In this document: piece by piece, positions 45,901 through 54,961 of the stretch
Layout: every line of letters starts with the position of its first letter
How positions within the stretch are numbered: position 1 is the first letter of the stretch
Translations under genes and position numbers: made by a program
Notes under the pieces: model-generated
Databases searched by the model: none
What the model was told of the DNA's origin: nothing
What the model saw: only the letters and a program-made list of their open reading frames with translations
NCBI GenBank assembly: GCA_038231295.1
Contig: JBBRLP010000009.1
Span: 1-64,000, forward strand
Reading direction: 5' to 3'
DNA from: Chthonomonadales bacterium
Lineage (GTDB): Bacteria > Armatimonadota > Chthonomonadetes > Chthonomonadales > Chthonomonadaceae
DNA length: 64,000 nucleotides

Positions 45901-46136
45901 AACTGGTTGGAGCAGAAGTTGATTCCGGCCTCGGAAAAAGACTGAGCATTCAGCGTGTCCTTGCTGCGGGCGGCGTTGGTCAGGTTGCGTGCGATCTGCA
46001 CGACAAACAGCCCGCCGATAAACAGCAGCACGAACAGGATCGCCAGCGCGATAATCAGGGTCTGGCCGCGTCGTGCGCGGCTGCGCCGTGAACTGCGAGA
46101 AGTGGGTCTTGCACTATATAGAGGTAGAGTTGCCAT
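42987..46136 (-). CDS. Giant GspK/PilX-like minor (pseudo)pilin-type protein
   Basis: 1,049 aa with RBS GGGAG. The N-terminus RRGQTLIIALAILFVLLFIGGLFVVQIARN is a basic residue, then Gly, then a hydrophobic helix lacking Glu5. This resembles GspK/PilX-type pseudopilin N-termini rather than a classical signal peptide. The remainder is Asn/Gly/Thr/Pro-rich. It is far larger than known GspK/PilX proteins. Confidence 0.5.
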   Translation of the reverse strand: MATLPLYSARPTSRSSRRSRARRGQTLIIALAILFVLLFIGGLFVVQIARNLTNAARSKDTLNAQSFSEAGINFCSNQLTYSEEGADWRPEPTPPFTSASDPMGVTDPDFRWLSQGFSRVFFNGGRALVRVVYEPRADDPRSQYLRIEAVGRPGDISQGDVDPTIFVQSASLPPQLRREQVAYVQLGLTDYLFFITNKDRTAYENFIGTPHLEASVAGQAPVDGMRDIPTVLGDPTIASHLTDGINNNEVLYGANIRANGPVRFGGDTYIYLSPRLSFPAPAETVLSSSSFSLAPTRDLDNDPANNGADSILNDNDLQVYVNTPLGAPNLASALRPSASPNFSTLLGLIRDGSATPDNIGFNRNIPRLDPMIMDTKVDGTGVLRYRALTRDSGIWSGNLNTGFFGWGRGVYINNPQDLQHESQGINGSYSLRTDWLDPKAYPNSFWQGPNYRPPGIQVEFRGTHVILTRSDSDVFRKPDGTPITANGGKVVDIPLADDERASYVFPDGTAYALPPLPHLGDEPKTAANLPPAYANPFNDQNSYGVNLVIMAEGNVRIKGNYGGITDPGNTTIPHLGRVHVTVVTGGTAYVEGNLLKADGYLNGGAPVLERGSTCSILAKDYVCVNTTMFMSPENQTGVWTPDPANDGVFDVYLGTSRETYDQSFSFGVDPATYKSGAGASPIYLMTRHRALSPGPSAMNLLINPVLNNNGSSLFQFNQSALLPPETYALGVRFAGTPVVPVPVASEITPYADMRGFLLRDPGGVAPYYDATSKLFNTLYRAPGFENILRVQKDQNASTLLGAGGTTDYLYAGAFVAPLDIRIEAAMYAQEKSFFVIPGYSVNQDPNDTRINFAKTGTRTAYSIGSSGQNLDSGQDKIAKDVYPFYNEPTDIRLTIFGSIAENYTASMGDQAAWLSKWGYVTTRFGSSAIGIPDDHIGVHDASNAVAIYSPAEDRSQDFRTALENTENITRGLRYQYDPAFAMPYQHPSDKGLTLGATTATRYNRALRSKFTPVTAWWPAGIHQILPPMPRLPVCPGLLYFGDSDHPLVP

Positions 46137-46160
46137 GTGTGAATGCTCCCGAACCGGCAG

Positions 46161-46181
46161 CCGGATACAGCGCGTATCCGG
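46161..46181. other. Intercistronic 8-bp perfect hairpin between the 745-aa prepilin-type gene and the PilX-like gene
   Basis: ccggatac agcgc gtatccgg, located between the stop at 46191 and the RBS of the downstream gene. Confidence 0.35.
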
Positions 46182-46190
46182 CGCGAGGGA

Positions 46191-48428
46191 CTAGTGCTGC
46201 AAATTGCGTACTTTGATTTTGTCGGACAGCGAGACGATCTGGGGACGGCCCGACCGAATATCATAGAGGCGAACCTCGAGGTTCACGTTCATCAGGTCGC
46301 GGGTCATATAGTCCACTTTGACCACATCGTTCGGGCGAAGCATCGTGAACGAATAGGTGATCTCTACCGGGTCGGCAGGCTTGTTCACCGGAACGCCGGG
46401 ATTCGTGAAGTCAGCCTTCTGAGTCGGCAGCACAATGGACTTGTAAATGCTGGCCGCCGGATTGTCCGTCGCGTTCGGAGCGGGGTCGGTTCCCTGCTGG
46501 AACTCGACGAAGCCCACGAACAGCGAGGGATCGTTCCCAACGATGTTGCTGTTGTTCTCATAGTTGATGCGGTACTCGTTCGGGCCAACCGCGCTGGCCC
46601 CGGACGAAACACGGGTATAGCGGACACGATAACCGTAGTGCGGGCCTGGCTTCTGATCCGGTCCGAAGACTTGCTCGCTGCCCGGCACGATATGCACGTC
46701 GGCATACCACTTAGTCGCCGGGTTCAGGGGCGAGATCGAAGTCATCGGGTTCAGCGGCTGTCCGCCCCACATCGTTGTCGGGATGGCCCGCAAATCCACG
46801 AAGCGCCGTGACGGGCTGAAACTGTTGATGTCCTGCGGACTGTAGCGCTGCGGCGCGGGATCATACGGCTTGTGTGGCGCGGCAGGAGCCGCTCCGTAGT
46901 TCGTCATATAATAGGAAGGGAACGCGAAATTGATGATGCCTTTGTCCACGTTCACGCTAAATGCGAAGTCAGCGTTGGGGTCCGTAAACACCCCGGTCGT
47001 CGGATCGAACTTTGGACCGACATCCGTCAGGCCAGCGGTAATCGGGTCGGGCGGCGTTGCGCCCTGCGCCAGTCCGGTAACATGGTAGATACGGGTGTCG
47101 CCGAAATAGTTTCCAACGGCCTCGTAGTAGTCCAGCGGGTTCTGGTTCACCGGGTCGCCGCCGCCCGCCTTGCGATAGACGATGACGCGGTAGGGACGTG
47201 TCCAGTGCGCGTACTGCGTGGTGTAGGTGGGAGACAGCGCGTTGGGCGTCTCGTTGCCGCTGTTGTCCAGGCTGCTCGGAACGGCAGGATCGTTCTGGAC
47301 ATACGAGGGCTTGAAGACCGCCAGACTTCGCGCATTCGGTCTGCCGCCACTGTTCGAGGGCTGGCCCGTGTTGTCGTAGTAGATGATCTGATTGGTGTCG
47401 GAGGCGCGGTCGAGCGCGACCATGTCTACCTTATCGGTAGGTGTCAGCGAGACGGCGAGGGCGCGCCAGTTCTCCCCGATTTGGCAGATACCGTCGTTGT
47501 TCAGGTCATAGGCTCCGTACGGTATCCAGCCTTTGACGGCCCACTTCTTGCTGTTGGCCGCGTTGCCGCCTGCCGGGGCATTGTCATAGAAGAAGTTCGG
47601 GTCGTGCAGGCGCAGTGTGTCCGAAATGTTGTCCGTGATGTTGCCGCTCGCATCTACCGTATGGAACAGGCCCAGGTTCGGCACGTAAGGCGTACTCGGC
47701 GTGGGATTGATGGTGTTCGGGTCCTGAATGTAGGCCGTCACTTCTGCCCGATAGAGCGTATAGCGGTTGTTGAACGTAGACTGTGGGTCCTCAAACTGAT
47801 TCGCGTAGGGAACCACCGGCAGCCCGGTACTATTGTCCACCGCGTTGTTGATGAGTCCGACGAAAAGCCGGGTCAGGATGCGCCCCGGAGCCAGCGGCAA
47901 CTGATAACCGCTCAGGCCGGGAGAGAGGGAGACATCGTAGATCGGCTGATTGGTCGTCGGGTCTATCGGGGTCGCTACCGGATTGCCCAGCGCGTCGTAG
48001 GTATAGGGGCTTTGATCCAACTGCCGGGCCGGGGAGACCGCTTCCAGCATGGCGAAGGAGACGGGCTTGACGTACTGAGCGCCTGTACTGTCCACCAGCC
48101 AGAGATTGATCTCGGAGCCGGGAAGCATCTTGCCCGCGCCGTTGACCTGCGTCGTGATGGCGTTATCGTAGACGAAACTCGCATTGGACAGCGCGTTCGT
48201 GGCATAGCGCAGCACGTCCCGCGCCGTGGATTGACTCAGAATCTGCGTGTCGGCCTTCGCGGTCAGGGCGTAGCTGTTGATGAGCGGCAGAAAAATGACG
48301 GTCAACAGGATACTCGTCAGGGCGATGACGACCAGCAGTTCGATCAGGGTAAATCCGGCGGATCTGGCACGTAGCGCCAGGCGCAGTGCAGGCGCGGAAC
48401 GCTCTTTCGGCAGGGTTATCGGTCTCAT
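46191..48428 (-). CDS. Giant prepilin-type N-terminal cleavage/methylation domain protein (minor pilin-like)
   Basis: 745 aa. The class III signal SAG|FTLIELLVVIALTSILLTVIF has Gly-1/Phe+1/Glu+5 spacing like canonical type IV pilins. A long Pro/Asn/Thr/Tyr-rich extracellular region follows. Confidence 0.7.
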   Translation of the reverse strand: MRPITLPKERSAPALRLALRARSAGFTLIELLVVIALTSILLTVIFLPLINSYALTAKADTQILSQSTARDVLRYATNALSNASFVYDNAITTQVNGAGKMLPGSEINLWLVDSTGAQYVKPVSFAMLEAVSPARQLDQSPYTYDALGNPVATPIDPTTNQPIYDVSLSPGLSGYQLPLAPGRILTRLFVGLINNAVDNSTGLPVVPYANQFEDPQSTFNNRYTLYRAEVTAYIQDPNTINPTPSTPYVPNLGLFHTVDASGNITDNISDTLRLHDPNFFYDNAPAGGNAANSKKWAVKGWIPYGAYDLNNDGICQIGENWRALAVSLTPTDKVDMVALDRASDTNQIIYYDNTGQPSNSGGRPNARSLAVFKPSYVQNDPAVPSSLDNSGNETPNALSPTYTTQYAHWTRPYRVIVYRKAGGGDPVNQNPLDYYEAVGNYFGDTRIYHVTGLAQGATPPDPITAGLTDVGPKFDPTTGVFTDPNADFAFSVNVDKGIINFAFPSYYMTNYGAAPAAPHKPYDPAPQRYSPQDINSFSPSRRFVDLRAIPTTMWGGQPLNPMTSISPLNPATKWYADVHIVPGSEQVFGPDQKPGPHYGYRVRYTRVSSGASAVGPNEYRINYENNSNIVGNDPSLFVGFVEFQQGTDPAPNATDNPAASIYKSIVLPTQKADFTNPGVPVNKPADPVEITYSFTMLRPNDVVKVDYMTRDLMNVNLEVRLYDIRSGRPQIVSLSDKIKVRNLQH

Positions 48429-48461
48429 GGCTTGTTTGCCTCGTAGTTCCTATATAAAGAC

Positions 48462-50447
48462 TTACTTAAGCGGCGTGGCGGCGAGAATGGTATCGTTGTC
48501 CAGTTTGCGCCAGCGGGACCCGGCCCGCCAGACCACCCGCGACTTCACGGAGATACCCTGGACGTTCAGCACGGGCAGGCCCGTCTGTGTGGCGGAAAAG
48601 CCAGTAAATCCAGGATGCTTTGCTTTCGTGTCTATGTACGGCAGGTTGAACGTGTCGAACTGATTGGGATCACTGATGATCTGATAGGACTCGTTGCTGA
48701 TCGGCGTGTTGCCATTGGACAGATCGTAGTACTGCCCCAGCATCACGGTCTTGCCGCCGTCGCACTTCGCGAAGTAGATGCGCGTTGGGAAGGCGGAACC
48801 GGCGGGCGCGACCAGATAGTGCCGGTAGTCCACATCGGCGACCATCACCCCCGGAACATAGTGGGTCGTGGCCTTCTGAAGCTGCATTCCCCAGTCTTTG
48901 GAGCCGCGATACAGGCAGCGCAGATTGGCGGACTGCAAACCGTTGGATTCGATATAGGTTTTGTTCAGCGTCACCGTACCGCTCGTCGGCTCGTAGGGAA
49001 ACGGGTTCTGCGGCCCGACTGCCAGAGCGCCGTTGCCGTTCTTGTTCGTCCAGGTGCCTTCCACGATTCCCGTCGTCATATTGACAATGAGCAGGTCGGG
49101 CGTGTTGGTTGAGTTATCCCGGAACAGACCGTTGTACGGATTCAGCTTCGGATCGAAATTGTTAAAGGTAGCCTGGTTGTCCAGGATGTCCCCGTTCGTG
49201 AGCAGGCGGTTCAGCGTCAGGCGGAACGTGTAAGGAACGCCGCTCGGCACCACGCGGTCATCACGAATGATATGGTTGTCGAAAATCGTGTAGTCTGCGC
49301 GGGCTGTCAGCGGCTTGTTGCCCCGCGAGTTGAGCGCGATCTGGTCGTAACCGTTCGGGTTGAAGAGCAGAGCGCCGAGGTTCGCGCTGGAGGACTGCTG
49401 CTTGCTGTACCAGGCGTACTCGTAGGGATCGCTGCTGAAGACGGGCGTCCCTCCGCTCTCGACCGGTGTCGAGGAGACCAGCACGAATTTGCGGCTCACG
49501 TCGTCACTATTTATTTTGAACTGATAGATGTCTGCCGGAGCGATGTTGTTGGTCGCATCGAAGACGGGCTGCCAGACGGGCTGCGTTCCCGCCGTCGCCA
49601 CATCCGGAACCACGATACTTCCCGCCGCGTGTTTGATGGTCACCGGGTTCGCGGTCGTGTAGTAGTCGTACTCGAAAACATACACCCGCTTCGAGGTTCC
49701 CATTCGCGGGAAGAAGGCGATCATGCCCTTCGCGTAGTCTATGCCATACTCGGCGTCACTGCGAAGGTAGGCGTTACCGTTTTGATTGTTCAGCCCGGCG
49801 ACGGAACTCTGCTCGGTGCGCTCCAGCGGGGTGCCGCGAACCAGCAGACTGTCGGAGGGCGAACCACCGCCGGAACCAAAGGTGTTGACGACCGGGCCGT
49901 ACTGAAGCATATAGACCGCGCCCTTACCCGTTCCCGCGTTGGAGTTGGGGATAGGGATGCGGAAGGTCTCGCCCAGAACGCGGGTGTACCGGTTGACGTT
50001 GGAGACATAGTAGGGGTCGCGGCCGTTGATGGCCGGATCGCCCACGTTATAGTCGGTGAGGTCATCAGGCGTGACGTTGGAGACGAGGTTGGGGTAGCCG
50101 TTCGCATCTACGCTGCCGTCCGGGTTGGCATTGCCAAAACTCTCCGGCGGGGCCAGCATATTCCGCATCGTGTCGAGTTGCTGCTGCGAAAGCGCCTGCC
50201 CTACGGTCAGGTCGGAGGTGCGCCCGATAATCAGGAAGCCCGGAGGGAACAGCCGCACGATGGCGAGAATTCCGATGAGCAGAATTACCAGCACCACCAG
50301 GATTTCGATAAGCGAGAAGCCCGATGCACCGTTGCTGCGTCCGCCGCGCTTGCGACTCCCTGTGTAGTTTGCTCTACTCATAACCGTTCGAACCTCTCTC
50401 CCGCCCTGCGTAATCATCGTATCGCTTCTTTTCGACGACATCCCCAA
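48462..50447 (-). CDS. Giant prepilin-type N-terminal cleavage/methylation domain protein (minor pilin-like)
   Basis: 661-aa ORF. The prepilin motif ASG|FSLIEILVVLVILLIGILAIV is present. The real start is probably the internal Met (MSRANYTG...), giving a ~20-aa leader. It lies 16 bp downstream of the preceding prepilin gene. Confidence 0.7.
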   Translation of the reverse strand: MGMSSKRSDTMITQGGREVRTVMSRANYTGSRKRGGRSNGASGFSLIEILVVLVILLIGILAIVRLFPPGFLIIGRTSDLTVGQALSQQQLDTMRNMLAPPESFGNANPDGSVDANGYPNLVSNVTPDDLTDYNVGDPAINGRDPYYVSNVNRYTRVLGETFRIPIPNSNAGTGKGAVYMLQYGPVVNTFGSGGGSPSDSLLVRGTPLERTEQSSVAGLNNQNGNAYLRSDAEYGIDYAKGMIAFFPRMGTSKRVYVFEYDYYTTANPVTIKHAAGSIVVPDVATAGTQPVWQPVFDATNNIAPADIYQFKINSDDVSRKFVLVSSTPVESGGTPVFSSDPYEYAWYSKQQSSSANLGALLFNPNGYDQIALNSRGNKPLTARADYTIFDNHIIRDDRVVPSGVPYTFRLTLNRLLTNGDILDNQATFNNFDPKLNPYNGLFRDNSTNTPDLLIVNMTTGIVEGTWTNKNGNGALAVGPQNPFPYEPTSGTVTLNKTYIESNGLQSANLRCLYRGSKDWGMQLQKATTHYVPGVMVADVDYRHYLVAPAGSAFPTRIYFAKCDGGKTVMLGQYYDLSNGNTPISNESYQIISDPNQFDTFNLPYIDTKAKHPGFTGFSATQTGLPVLNVQGISVKSRVVWRAGSRWRKLDNDTILAATPLK

Positions 50448-50462
50448 ATCGAATGTTCCGGC

Positions 50463-51446
50463 CTACGGCTTGTAGTTCAGCGGGAGCAGCCGCGCCGCCT
50501 GAACTACATCCATTTTCTTGGCCGTTCCGCTGAGCAGTATGACCATGACCTTCGAGCTGTTGGCCGTCGCGACGTGCTGCGTAACGTAAGTGAGGACGGT
50601 TCGGTCTGCCGGCGGATTCTTGTACTTCAGTTGGGTCACGTCAATCTGGCCGCTATTGGCAGCGTCCGTCGGCTCACAGGCGGTGCCGAGTTTGTGGGTC
50701 CAGTCTGGGCTGTAGTGCAGTTCGTACTGCGGCATCCCCGGTGAGACATACATGATATTGCCGTTCGCATCAAGGCGCGGCCCGATGTCCATGCTGTCCA
50801 TGACGTAGTAGAGCTTGGGCTGTCCGATATAGGAGGCCGAAGGCAGGTCGCGGTCGCCAATCGTCGCGCAACTGGAGCCTGTAGTCGCTTCCCAGGTCAC
50901 GATCTGGTCGGGCTTGTACAGCGAGTTGTGGGGATAGTAGACCTGCGTCACCATCCGTTTGTCCTTCACGAGGTTGTCGGGGGTGGTGAAGGTGATATAG
51001 TCTTTGACCTGTTCGGGATAGAGATAGCCGCGATTGAGGCCGACGGCAGGCGTACCGACATTGGTCGCGAAGAACTCTCTTGCCAGTTCCATCGAGGTGA
51101 TGTTCAGCGTCGGGTTGACATCAGTGGGCAGGGCGGGACGCTGGGGCGGCGTAATCGTGCTATCGGGAGCCTCGGCATACCCGAACAGCACGGAGGGATA
51201 GTGGCCTTCGTCCTCATTGAAGAGTTTCGCGCCCACATAGACCGTGTGCAGGTTGCTCATGGTGCCGCTCTGCCGGGCCTGTTCGCGCACGGCCCCGAAG
51301 ACCGGGAAGAGAATGGCGGCGAGGATCGCGATAATCGCGATGACGACGAGCAGTTCGATAATGGTAAATGCACCGTGCGCCCGTCGGCGCGGCATGAGCC
51401 GGGTATCCATAGTGTTCTCCGTAGATGCGTACATAGGGGACGCCAC
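50463..51446 (-). CDS. Prepilin-type protein of the DUF1559-like family (candidate pilin subunit)
   Basis: 327-aa ORF with AHGAFTIIELLVVIAIIAILAAILFPVFGAVREQARQ. The N-terminal helix followed by ILFPVF-x-x-AREQAR is the pattern of DUF1559 prepilins. These are abundant in Planctomycetota, Verrucomicrobiota and Armatimonadota. The start is probably an internal Met (MDTRLMPRRRAHG...). Confidence 0.75.
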   Translation of the reverse strand: MASPMYASTENTMDTRLMPRRRAHGAFTIIELLVVIAIIAILAAILFPVFGAVREQARQSGTMSNLHTVYVGAKLFNEDEGHYPSVLFGYAEAPDSTITPPQRPALPTDVNPTLNITSMELAREFFATNVGTPAVGLNRGYLYPEQVKDYITFTTPDNLVKDKRMVTQVYYPHNSLYKPDQIVTWEATTGSSCATIGDRDLPSASYIGQPKLYYVMDSMDIGPRLDANGNIMYVSPGMPQYELHYSPDWTHKLGTACEPTDAANSGQIDVTQLKYKNPPADRTVLTYVTQHVATANSSKVMVILLSGTAKKMDVVQAARLLPLNYKP

Positions 51447-51473
51447 TCCGCTCGGGGTCGAGACCCCGACTGC

Positions 51474-52235
51474 CTAAAAATTAAACTTGAGAGGCCCTTT
51501 GGTCGTGAACTGGTTCGCGGGAATGGGCTTGACCGTCCCGGACAGCATCAGCACCGGAATGATGCCTGCATGGGCGACTCCGCAGTGATAGGTACACCAG
51601 GTCACGACGGTATTGCTCTCCGGCGGATTCGGGTATTTCAACTGGTTCTGCGGGTCGTTCGCCCCCGTCATTCCCGTCCAGTCGAGCGCGTAGTGAACTT
51701 CGTAGGTGTAGGGCGGCATGGCGTTGAAACTGGAATCCAGCGCGGGGCCGATGTCGTAACTATCGTAGGTGTAGAAGTAAGCGGGCTTGCCTGCATTCAT
51801 CACCTGACCGCTCAGCGGCACATTTGCCGGGTAGACGGCGGTGGTGACGGCGGTCGGGTTCGGATTCACATTGTCCGGGCAGAGAAACGCCTGTTTGCCG
51901 GTCGCCGTCGTTTTCTGCTTGATAAGCGGCCGCGCCAGCACCTGGTCTATCTCCAGCGGAGTGCCGGTGCCGATGTAGAGTTGCTGCTGACCGCCTGCAT
52001 TAGTGAAATACGGGTTGGCGCACATAACCGTCGGGAATTTGCCATTGTCCTCTTTATACAGCTTAATGGCCTGGGCAATCGCTCCCATCTGCTGCATACA
52101 GGTGGACTGGCGCGTCTTTTCGCGGACATGGCCGAAGGCAGGGAAGAGAATAGCAGCGAGGATCGCGATTATCGCGATCACGACGAGTAGCTCGATCAAG
52201 GTAAAGCCCCGATGGGCACTTCTGTTCTCTCTCAT
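51474..52235 (-). CDS. Prepilin-type protein of the DUF1559-like family (candidate major pilin)
   Basis: 253 aa. HRG|FTLIELLVVIAIIAILAAILFPAFGHVREKTRQSTC is a canonical prepilin leader with Glu+5. It is the first pilin gene after pilD. A structured 290-bp non-coding region lies upstream of it. Confidence 0.8.
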   Translation of the reverse strand: MRENRSAHRGFTLIELLVVIAIIAILAAILFPAFGHVREKTRQSTCMQQMGAIAQAIKLYKEDNGKFPTVMCANPYFTNAGGQQQLYIGTGTPLEIDQVLARPLIKQKTTATGKQAFLCPDNVNPNPTAVTTAVYPANVPLSGQVMNAGKPAYFYTYDSYDIGPALDSSFNAMPPYTYEVHYALDWTGMTGANDPQNQLKYPNPPESNTVVTWCTYHCGVAHAGIIPVLMLSGTVKPIPANQFTTKGPLKFNF

Positions 52236-52524
52236 AACGTCCCTTCCTGTCTTCCTGCGTGGAACGCGATCACACGCGCCGGACCGTCTCTTTTGACGAT
52301 GCCTCTCTGCCGTATGTTCCTGACGGAAATTTGTGCGGATGAATTTAATAGGGTGTTTAGCAAATACGCCAGCCTACGGCACTGAAGTGCCGGTCTACGA
52401 TTGCAAAGCCCGCCTTCGCGGGCTGCTCCCCCACACAGCGAGCGGTTGGCTTCTGCGTTGGGAGTCCACGCAGGTGGACTTCGTAAACGTAGAACGGGGT
52501 TTCAACCCCGGTTCTAAACACGCT

Positions 52525-53619
52525 CTAATAGGGTGGCAGCGGCGGTTTTGGCACGGCGCTGTTCTCGTGAAACGCGTAGCTCAGATAGAGCGCCGTCAGC
52601 CACTCGCCCCCGAAGGCCGTTGCCAGAAATCCGATGACCAGAAAAGGACCGAAGGGAATCGCGCTGGCAGCGGGTTTCCAGTCGTCCTCCTCGCTCGCGA
52701 CCAGTGTGGGAAGCGGTTCGCGGCGGGTTTTGTCGCGCAGATAGCTCCACAGATCACCCAGAACGAGGCACCAGCCGATGTCCGCCAGTTCGCGGCCCAG
52801 AGACGAGCCGTCCGACTCTATTTCTTCGGCTGTCGCCTCGTCATTTCCTCTCTCAATTTCCCCCGAAACGCCTGCGATTTCGGTACGGCGGCGTAAAAAG
52901 ATGAGCGCGGGGCCGACAATGAGGCCGGACATACAGGCCAGCAGTATCCAGATGGGGAAAAGCCGCAGGGCGCTCGCGCCTGCCGGAACGAGCAGTGCGA
53001 GCATTGCGCCCATCGCCCGCGCCAGCAAGACATCGCCCAACCCCATCGCCTCCTGCCGCTTCCAGAGCCAGCCTGCCAGTCGCATCGCGCCGAAGAGCAG
53101 CATCCCAACGACTGCGCCGAGAACGGAACGCGGCAACCATCCCCAGAGCAGACCATACCCCGTCTCGTGGCTCGCGATGCCGTAGACATCCCGCCCGACT
53201 GCCACAAAAAACGCCAGCAGGTTGAGCGAGTCGGGAATGGTGAAAGTGGCGAGGTCTATGAAATAGATGGGAATCAGCAGGGCCGCGAAGAACAGCATGG
53301 CGACTGCTGTCGGGCCGTCGTGCTGAAAGCGCAGCGTGAGGGCGGCGAACAGCAGGCCCGTGAGCAGTTCAACGGAGAAGTAGCGCCAGGAGATAGGCAG
53401 CTTGCAGGTGCGGCATTTCTGCCCGAGGAAGAGGAAACTGAACAGAGGCACGAGGTCGAGGGCGGTCAGGCGGGTGCGGCAGTTCGGGCAGAACGACCAC
53501 TGCGGTTCCGATACCGAAATGCCGAGCGGCAGGCGATAGATCACGACATTCAGGAAACTGCCGATACAGATGCCAAAGGCGAACGCCGTTGCCGTCCAGA
53601 ACCAGAGAGGTCCACTCAT
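52525..53619 (-). CDS. pilD: Prepilin peptidase (A24 family, PilD/GspO-like)
   Basis: 364 aa. The N-terminal zinc-binding tetracysteine region is GSFLNVVIYRLP...CPNCRTRL...GQKCRTCK. Multiple TM helices follow. An unusual acidic cytoplasmic insertion (EIERGNDEATAEEIESDGSS) lies before the last helices. Confidence 0.85.
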   Translation of the reverse strand: MSGPLWFWTATAFAFGICIGSFLNVVIYRLPLGISVSEPQWSFCPNCRTRLTALDLVPLFSFLFLGQKCRTCKLPISWRYFSVELLTGLLFAALTLRFQHDGPTAVAMLFFAALLIPIYFIDLATFTIPDSLNLLAFFVAVGRDVYGIASHETGYGLLWGWLPRSVLGAVVGMLLFGAMRLAGWLWKRQEAMGLGDVLLARAMGAMLALLVPAGASALRLFPIWILLACMSGLIVGPALIFLRRRTEIAGVSGEIERGNDEATAEEIESDGSSLGRELADIGWCLVLGDLWSYLRDKTRREPLPTLVASEEDDWKPAASAIPFGPFLVIGFLATAFGGEWLTALYLSYAFHENSAVPKPPLPPY

Positions 53620-53645
53620 AGGGGATTTTTCATTTTCTCACAGGT

Positions 53646-53676
53646 TGGCAGGAGTTGTCCGGGGGTTGAAAACCCC
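53646..53676. other. 12-bp perfect GC-rich hairpin between pilC and pilD
   Basis: gttgtccggggg ttgaaaa cccccggacaac lies immediately after the pilC stop (53696) and ~25 nt before the pilD start. No U-run follows on the minus strand. Confidence 0.45.
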
Positions 53677-53695
53677 CGGACAACCCCCGAACGTT

Positions 53696-54940
53696 CTACT
53701 CTTTGGCCGCGCCGTCCTTGTCCTCGCCGCCGCCGGAGAGGTTGCTGATGACGTTCAGCAGGGGCATGAACATCGCGATGACGATGAAGCCGACGCAAAA
53801 GCCGAGGAAGACGATCATGACCGGTTCGATGGCGGAGGTGAGGGACTGGAGAGTGGACTCCACTTCGCCTTCGTAGAACTCGGCGATCTTGGAGAGCATC
53901 TGATCGAGCGCTCCAGACTCTTCTCCGATGGAGATCATATGGACGACCATCGGCGGGAACATCTTGCTGCGCTCCAGCGGCTCGTTGATGCGCTCTCCTT
54001 CACGGATACGGGCGCGGGCGTTCATGATCGCTTCGCTGATGATCTCGTTGCCGACGACTCCGGCCACGGTCTCCATCGCCTGGAGGATGGGAACACCGGA
54101 GACGAGCAGCGTCGAGAGGGTGCGGGCGAAACGGGACAGGGCAATCTTGTGGCCGAGTGGGCCGAAGACAGGCACTTTCAGTTTCAGGCGGTCAATGACG
54201 CGCCGTCCGAGTTTGGTCGAACCCGCGTATTTGATCGCCATCCAGATCGCGCCGACAATCAGCAGGCCGACCCACCACTTCTCTTTGAGGAAGTTGGAGA
54301 AGTCAACGAGAACCTGCGTCATCCAGGGCAGTTCCTTCACGCCGAGGTCTTTGAATAGGTCAATGAACTTCGGAACGATGAAGGTGCAGAGGCCGAGAAC
54401 GATCAGGATCGCGACGACGACAACGATGGCCGGATAGGTCATGGCCGCCTTGACTTTGCGGCGCATTTCCATGTCCTTTTCCAGGAAGTGGGACAGACGC
54501 TGGAGGGCTTCTTCGAGGACACCACCAATCTCTCCGGCGCGGACAAGCCCGATGAACAGGTTGTTGAAGACCTTCGGGTATTTCGCCATGGATTTCGAGA
54601 GGGTCTGGCCGCTTTCGACCTCCACCTGGATCTCGCGGATGATGCGCTTAAGCTTCGGGTTCTGGGTCTGCTCACCAAGCACATCGAGGGCGCGGACGAG
54701 CGACACACCGGCGTCTACCATCGTGGAGAACTGCCGGCAGAAGATGGAGAGGTCCTTGAGTTTGACGCGCCCGAATCCGCCGCCCTGTTTCTTCTTGGCG
54801 GTCTTCGTCTGTGTGACTTCGTTGACGGCGAAGCCCTGCTCGACGAGGCGGCGTTTGAGAATGTCCTGGTTTTCGGCTTCCGACGTTCCGGTGCGAACCG
54901 CCCCGGTAGCGTCACGAACAGTGTACTGATAGGTGGGCAT
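53696..54940 (-). CDS. pilC: Type IV pilus / T2SS inner-membrane platform protein (PilC/GspF family)
   Basis: 414 aa. The N-terminal MPTYQYTVRDATGAVRTG is typical of PilC. Two GspF-type repeats and three TM helices are present. RBS AGGAGAAAAC lies upstream. Confidence 0.9.
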   Translation of the reverse strand: MPTYQYTVRDATGAVRTGTSEAENQDILKRRLVEQGFAVNEVTQTKTAKKKQGGGFGRVKLKDLSIFCRQFSTMVDAGVSLVRALDVLGEQTQNPKLKRIIREIQVEVESGQTLSKSMAKYPKVFNNLFIGLVRAGEIGGVLEEALQRLSHFLEKDMEMRRKVKAAMTYPAIVVVVAILIVLGLCTFIVPKFIDLFKDLGVKELPWMTQVLVDFSNFLKEKWWVGLLIVGAIWMAIKYAGSTKLGRRVIDRLKLKVPVFGPLGHKIALSRFARTLSTLLVSGVPILQAMETVAGVVGNEIISEAIMNARARIREGERINEPLERSKMFPPMVVHMISIGEESGALDQMLSKIAEFYEGEVESTLQSLTSAIEPVMIVFLGFCVGFIVIAMFMPLLNVISNLSGGGEDKDGAAKE

Positions 54941-54961
54941 GGTGTTTTCTCCTGGAACTTA

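Noticed and set aside
52380-52420. Sigma-54-like GG-N9-GC element (cGGCACtgaagTGCc) upstream of the pilin genes
   Set aside because: The spacing is off by one from the TGGCAC-N5-TTGCA consensus. It is also oriented on the plus strand, whereas the pilin genes are on the minus strand.
52330-52524. Possible SRP, tmRNA or other known small RNA in the pilD-pilin spacer (GGAGCAGCC-like motif, T-loop-like ggggtttcaacccc)
   Set aside because: The motifs do not match the SRP domain IV or tRNA T-loop consensus closely enough. No acceptor-stem pairing was found. Kept only as an unclassified structured region.
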